Assembly: GCA_964019425.1 (NCBI GenBank) | Contig: OZ025784.1 | Span: forward strand, 1,054,001-1,118,000 | DNA: 64,000 bases | Source of the DNA: Flectonema sp. DT1601 | Lineage: Eukaryota | Direction of reading: 5' to 3' | Part shown: positions 60,340 through 64,000 of the stretch, piece by piece | How positions within the stretch are numbered: the first letter of the stretch is position 1 | Layout of the letters: every line of letters starts with the position of its first letter | Position numbers and translations under genes: made by a program | The notes under the pieces: model-generated | What the model saw: the letters and a program-made list of their open reading frames with translations, nothing else | Databases searched by the model: none | Told to the model about the DNA's origin: nothing

Positions 60340-61203
60340 CTATATTCTCTGAACAGATAAATTTCGAGATGAATGCGTTAGGATTTGTTGAACAGGTGAT
60401 TTTGGTGGGAATTGTTTAGATGAAGGAGCTGTTGGTGTGCCCGTGTGCGTATAGGAGAGTGTTTGTCTCATATAGCGTATCTGTTCTTCCATATCTAATT
60501 TCAGTTCACGAAAACGATGTCGAACACGTTGTGAATCATCCTCGATCTGACGTTCCGCCATAGAAGTTGAAACAGATCTCCGACGTTGTTTCACATTTTG
60601 AACTTGAACAGTACCTCTAAGACTCGGTGTCACACTAATCTCTCTAGCAGGAGGATTAAAAACCGGATTTAAGTGCCAAGGAGGAACACCAAACGTGTTT
60701 GATGTACCCTTCTGGATCTGAGGAGGAGGAGTCAATATAACAGGAAATGGTATAAGAGGTGGAGTCTTTTTGATCGTCTCTTCACCATTACTGTTACAGT
60801 TTGCATTGCTGTTCCTGAAGCTCATGTTCTCCAACTCAATTTCATCTGACTTTGCGCTTACTGTTTTTACTTCATATTGGGTACTGATTTCAGTGACATC
60901 GTCTTCCCAGCTTAGCTTTTCATGTAACAAGGTTAATCTATTCCCTTGAGCAGACTGCAATCTACCTAATAATACAAAGGTAACGATCCCAGCTATAAAC
61001 AACACGGCACCCGCAGACAAAAATACGATTAACCACTCCAGTGTGTTAGGTTGTTGTTGTACGCTGCTCAGGACATTCTCTTTTTTTATGCGCGCTAGAA
61101 CCTCCGAATCTAATGCAGGGGGGGAAATTGATACTAAAATTAAATGGAAAGCAACTTCAAACTGGCAAAAACGAGAATAGGGTTCGGCCAAACCTGGTTG
61201 CAA
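60340..61203 (-). CDS. Single-TM hypothetical protein with Pro-rich tail (5' exon structure unresolved)
   Basis: Long ORF with TM WLIVFLSAGAVLFIAGIVTFVLL; no ATG near its 5' end. Confidence 0.6.
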   Translation of the reverse strand: MQPGLAEPYSRFCQFEVAFHLILVSISPPALDSEVLARIKKENVLSSVQQQPNTLEWLIVFLSAGAVLFIAGIVTFVLLGRLQSAQGNRLTLLHEKLSWEDDVTEISTQYEVKTVSAKSDEIELENMSFRNSNANCNSNGEETIKKTPPLIPFPVILTPPPQIQKGTSNTFGVPPWHLNPVFNPPAREISVTPSLRGTVQVQNVKQRRRSVSTSMAERQIEDDSQRVRHRFRELKLDMEEQIRYMRQTLSYTHTGTPTAPSSKQFPPKSPVQQILTHSSRNLSVQRI

Positions 61204-61604
61204 TATAAGAAATCAACTGTTGGTATCGATAAAAAATCCCATATATGTGCTGTCGAATATGGGGATTCGGGGGCCACGTACAGGGGGGAAATTAATACTA
61301 AAATTATGAAACTTGAAACAAGTAAGAAAAGTAATTTCGGGGGGTGAGAAAAAGATGAAGCAAGCAAAATAAAATAAAATACGCATGTTGTCAACGTCGT
61401 ACCGTACTGATCGCACATAATATTTTAAAACCGAGTAGGGGGGGAACAACTGTAACACAAATCGATGATTAATTTCGAGATCGACTCCGTTGAAGTGTCT
61501 CTCTAGTTGATCGTATATTTTTCCCATGTTATGTATCCTGTGTTAGTGACACGAATACACTTCCCAGCAGCCGACCAAGTATAATTGGAGTTAACTTCTG
61601 TTTC

Positions 61605-61730
61605 GGGAATTCCTGTGAAGGGGTGAAGTACAATGGGGTTAACGAATCACTTGCATAGGGTTCGGTACTAATGGTCAAAAATCAGAAAACCCTCTTTACG
61701 AACACAACACACACACACAGGTTTTTGCTT
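61605..61730. repeat. Family-A dispersed repeat, copy 4
   Basis: Colinear with the 19681 and 45185 copies. Confidence 0.85.
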
Positions 61731-62749
61731 TTTTTGTAAGTAGGACTCGACTTCAAGAGCAAAGGAAAAGGGAGAAAGAAAAAAAACACTTGAGGGGCAA
61801 AAAAAAAAAAAAAACGGAATTGTGAATTGTGATGTTAGGTTAATTATATTTTTCTTCCATCCAAAAGAAAGTGTTTGGATGCAAAAAAAAATTAAACATC
61901 ACTGTTGTCAATTTACAAACAATTTTTTTTAAAAAAAAAAAAAAACTCGCAAGTAGACACTTGGAAAATAAAAAAAAAAAACCAAAAATAAACAAAACAA
62001 ACCCAAAAACGATAAACGTTTGAAACCAACAGCGTCAAGCCAGATCTCGGGCGACAAGCTGGAATGGTGCGGAGACAAAAGAATACGAGCTTATAGATAA
62101 CGGGTCTAGTACATTACGTATGTAGACCAAATCTTGTCTAGGATTATTATGTAGCTAAGCTGTCGTTGGAATGGAAAGATCAGATACATAATCTGGGAAA
62201 CAACAGCCAGACAATTAACAACACTAAAGCAACCTCTTCTTCTAAGCTATTCCAACGTAAAAAAAAAGACGTCAAAAAATTAACTGTCTTTAATTCAGAC
62301 GAATACAGAAAACTAAAATAGATAACTAACTTCAGCAACACACATGACCCACTTATGTTACCAAAACTTGTTAAGTAAAGCAACCTGATGGTTGTTTTTT
62401 TCTTTCTTTTTTTTTTTTTTTTTTTTTTTTGCTCTTTTTTTTTTTTTTTTTAATTAGAAACCACATTACACAACCGACACGAGCTACAGAGTGAATAGCT
62501 TCTCCAATATATCAAGCACACATTCGATCGCGTGCTGGGGTAATTTTGATCCGATACGAAAAGATTTATCTGGGAAGAATACAGGGCTGAGGTAGGGGAA
62601 AGAACGAGCAAAAAAAAAAAAAAAAAAAAAAAAATGGGGGAAAAGGAAAAACGGGGGGGAGGTTAATTCTTTGATTTTTGCAAAATAAATTACAACCGTA
62701 TTGTACCACATTAACATAAACGATAAATTTAGCAATCAACTGTGAACTA

Positions 62750-62935
62750 CTGTGACTTAACTTACTCTTTTAAAGTAACTATTTAGGTTTTCGAGAGAAT
62801 CAATCTACCTCTTTACCTCTATTCTCTCATCATCAGTAATAGTGTGAGTCTGAATAACCTTCAGTTAAGGCAAGTCTGGAGTGTAATTACTTTTCAAAAA
62901 ATATGATCCTAAGAAAAATCTTATTATTGTCATCT
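62750..62935 (-). repeat. Family-C repeat, decayed copy of the permuted hammerhead element
   Basis: Colinear with about 58720-58925; single-base insertions next to the core and loss of stem I. Confidence 0.8.
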
Positions 62936-63066
62936 TAATTACAGTTGAATACAGTCACAGCTCGTGGTAACAAGTTAGTATTAATAATTATCGTAGTAAC
63001 AAGTTAGTATTAATAATTATCAGTCAATCAAAAAAAAGGCAAAAGTTCGTAGGACAACAAACAAGT

Positions 63067-63140
63067 TGGTTTCGGGCTAAGATGAAAAACAATCTTTCTT
63101 CGGACCATTCCCCTTATCCAGCCCTCTTCAGCGAAGAAAG
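63067..63140 (-). ncRNA. Hammerhead ribozyme candidate, non-circularly permuted (family B)
   Basis: CUUUCUUCG-CUGAAGA-GGGCU-12nt-UGGU-C-CGAAGAAAG-15nt-AGCCC-GAA-ACCA: full core with stems I (9 bp), II (5-7 bp) and III (4 bp). Confidence 0.85.
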
Positions 63141-63656
63141 CAAGGGGGACACTGCGGTGTCAGGCCTGTCCTACAACAACAAGTTAGTTAGTTAGTTATC
63201 AAGTCCATCAGACCACCGAGTATCGGTTAGGTAGACACTCAAAGAGTACCGGGTGGCTCTTCTGAACAAGAAACCTTTAACTACTTCAGAGCTAATTATA
63301 AATAACGGAACATTATTCAATGCTCAGTGAAAAGAAGATGAAGATTGATATCATTTTCTTAAGAAAAATGAATACCGTAAATAAACAAACACCATTAAAA
63401 AAAAACTAATCAAAACAAAACAAAAAACAAGAATTTTTTTTTTTTTTTTTTTTCGATGATAAAAAAAGACAGTTAATCTCAGCACAAAATACACAGTTTC
63501 AGATGTCAAAGGAACCGTGGCACATCCATTGCACATTCATCAAAAGGAAAGAAAATTGATAATCCACAAATGCCCTCGTCATAGCAGAGACAGGCTCTAT
63601 TTATGAATAAAATTTATAAATAAAATAATTTTGAAACAGCCGTGAAGCAGCTTCAA

Positions 63657-64000
63657 CTAGTCATATCCACTCAAGTATTTCCTGTAAGCTTTGTAATTAG
63701 TAACCCATCCAACCATGAAACTATTTACCTGATATGAGGTAAGTGTAATTGACCCGATGTGGTCATAATCAGCAGGCGCGTCCTCACTAACGACAAATGG
63801 CTCAGACATAGCAGTTAGTGAAAAGTCATACTTTGCAACCATTACGAAAGAACGACGGGCGAACTTATCATAAGCCACCCAGGCAACTACAATATAGTCA
63901 ACCAGTACTAGTACCTTCGGCTCAGTTGTTGAAGCTATGTTGGACCAGATAACAAACTGAATAGAATTAGGAACGACGTTACTAGAAAAGTCGATTTTAA
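63657..64000 (-). CDS. 3' end of a hypothetical protein entering from beyond the window
   Basis: Frame is open from the window edge (KIDFSSNVVPNSIQFVIW...) to TAG at 63657. Confidence 0.65.
   Translation of the reverse strand, partial: KIDFSSNVVPNSIQFVIWSNIASTTEPKVLVLVDYIVVAWVAYDKFARRSFVMVAKYDFSLTAMSEPFVVSEDAPADYDHIGSITLTSYQVNSFMVGWVTNYKAYRKYLSGYD

Noticed and set aside
61140..61527. Overlapping ORFs suggesting programmed frameshifting
   Set aside because: The region contains a family-D repeat and a local duplication; an intron or UTR is the simpler explanation.
62967..63021. Direct repeat GTAACAAGTTAGTATTAATAATTATC x2 as CRISPR-like
   Set aside because: Simple tandem duplication without a spacer, in a eukaryotic context.

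Overview
AT-rich eukaryotic genomic DNA with long poly(A)/poly(T) tracts. All ~33 supportable protein genes lie on the minus strand, an arrangement typical of euglenozoan polycistronic units. Short GT-AG cis-introns, a euglenozoan-like LSU rRNA fragment, a zeta/delta-like tubulin and a PSP1 protein point to a diplonemid-like protist (inference). Recognisable genes include a Ubl-LRR protein, cathepsin, tectonic, ABC1 kinase, a single-domain secreted catalase-peroxidase, ABHD4/5-like hydrolase, Cfd1/NUBP2, Sly1, a divergent histone H3, a 4-exon Rab23, Ulp1/SENP, aldo-keto reductase and dihydroorotase. The main finding is two unrelated dispersed repeat families carrying hammerhead-ribozyme cores with all three stems intact but the strands in a non-circularly permuted, pseudoknotted order (intact copies 63067-63140 and 58764-58818; decayed copies near 37.2 kb and 62.8 kb), all on the transcribed strand. 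Also present are scattered rRNA fragments, a tRNA-like element and B-box cluster inside Rab23 intron 1, and a repeat that appears to carry a splice acceptor upstream of genes. All calls are by eye; no searches were run.
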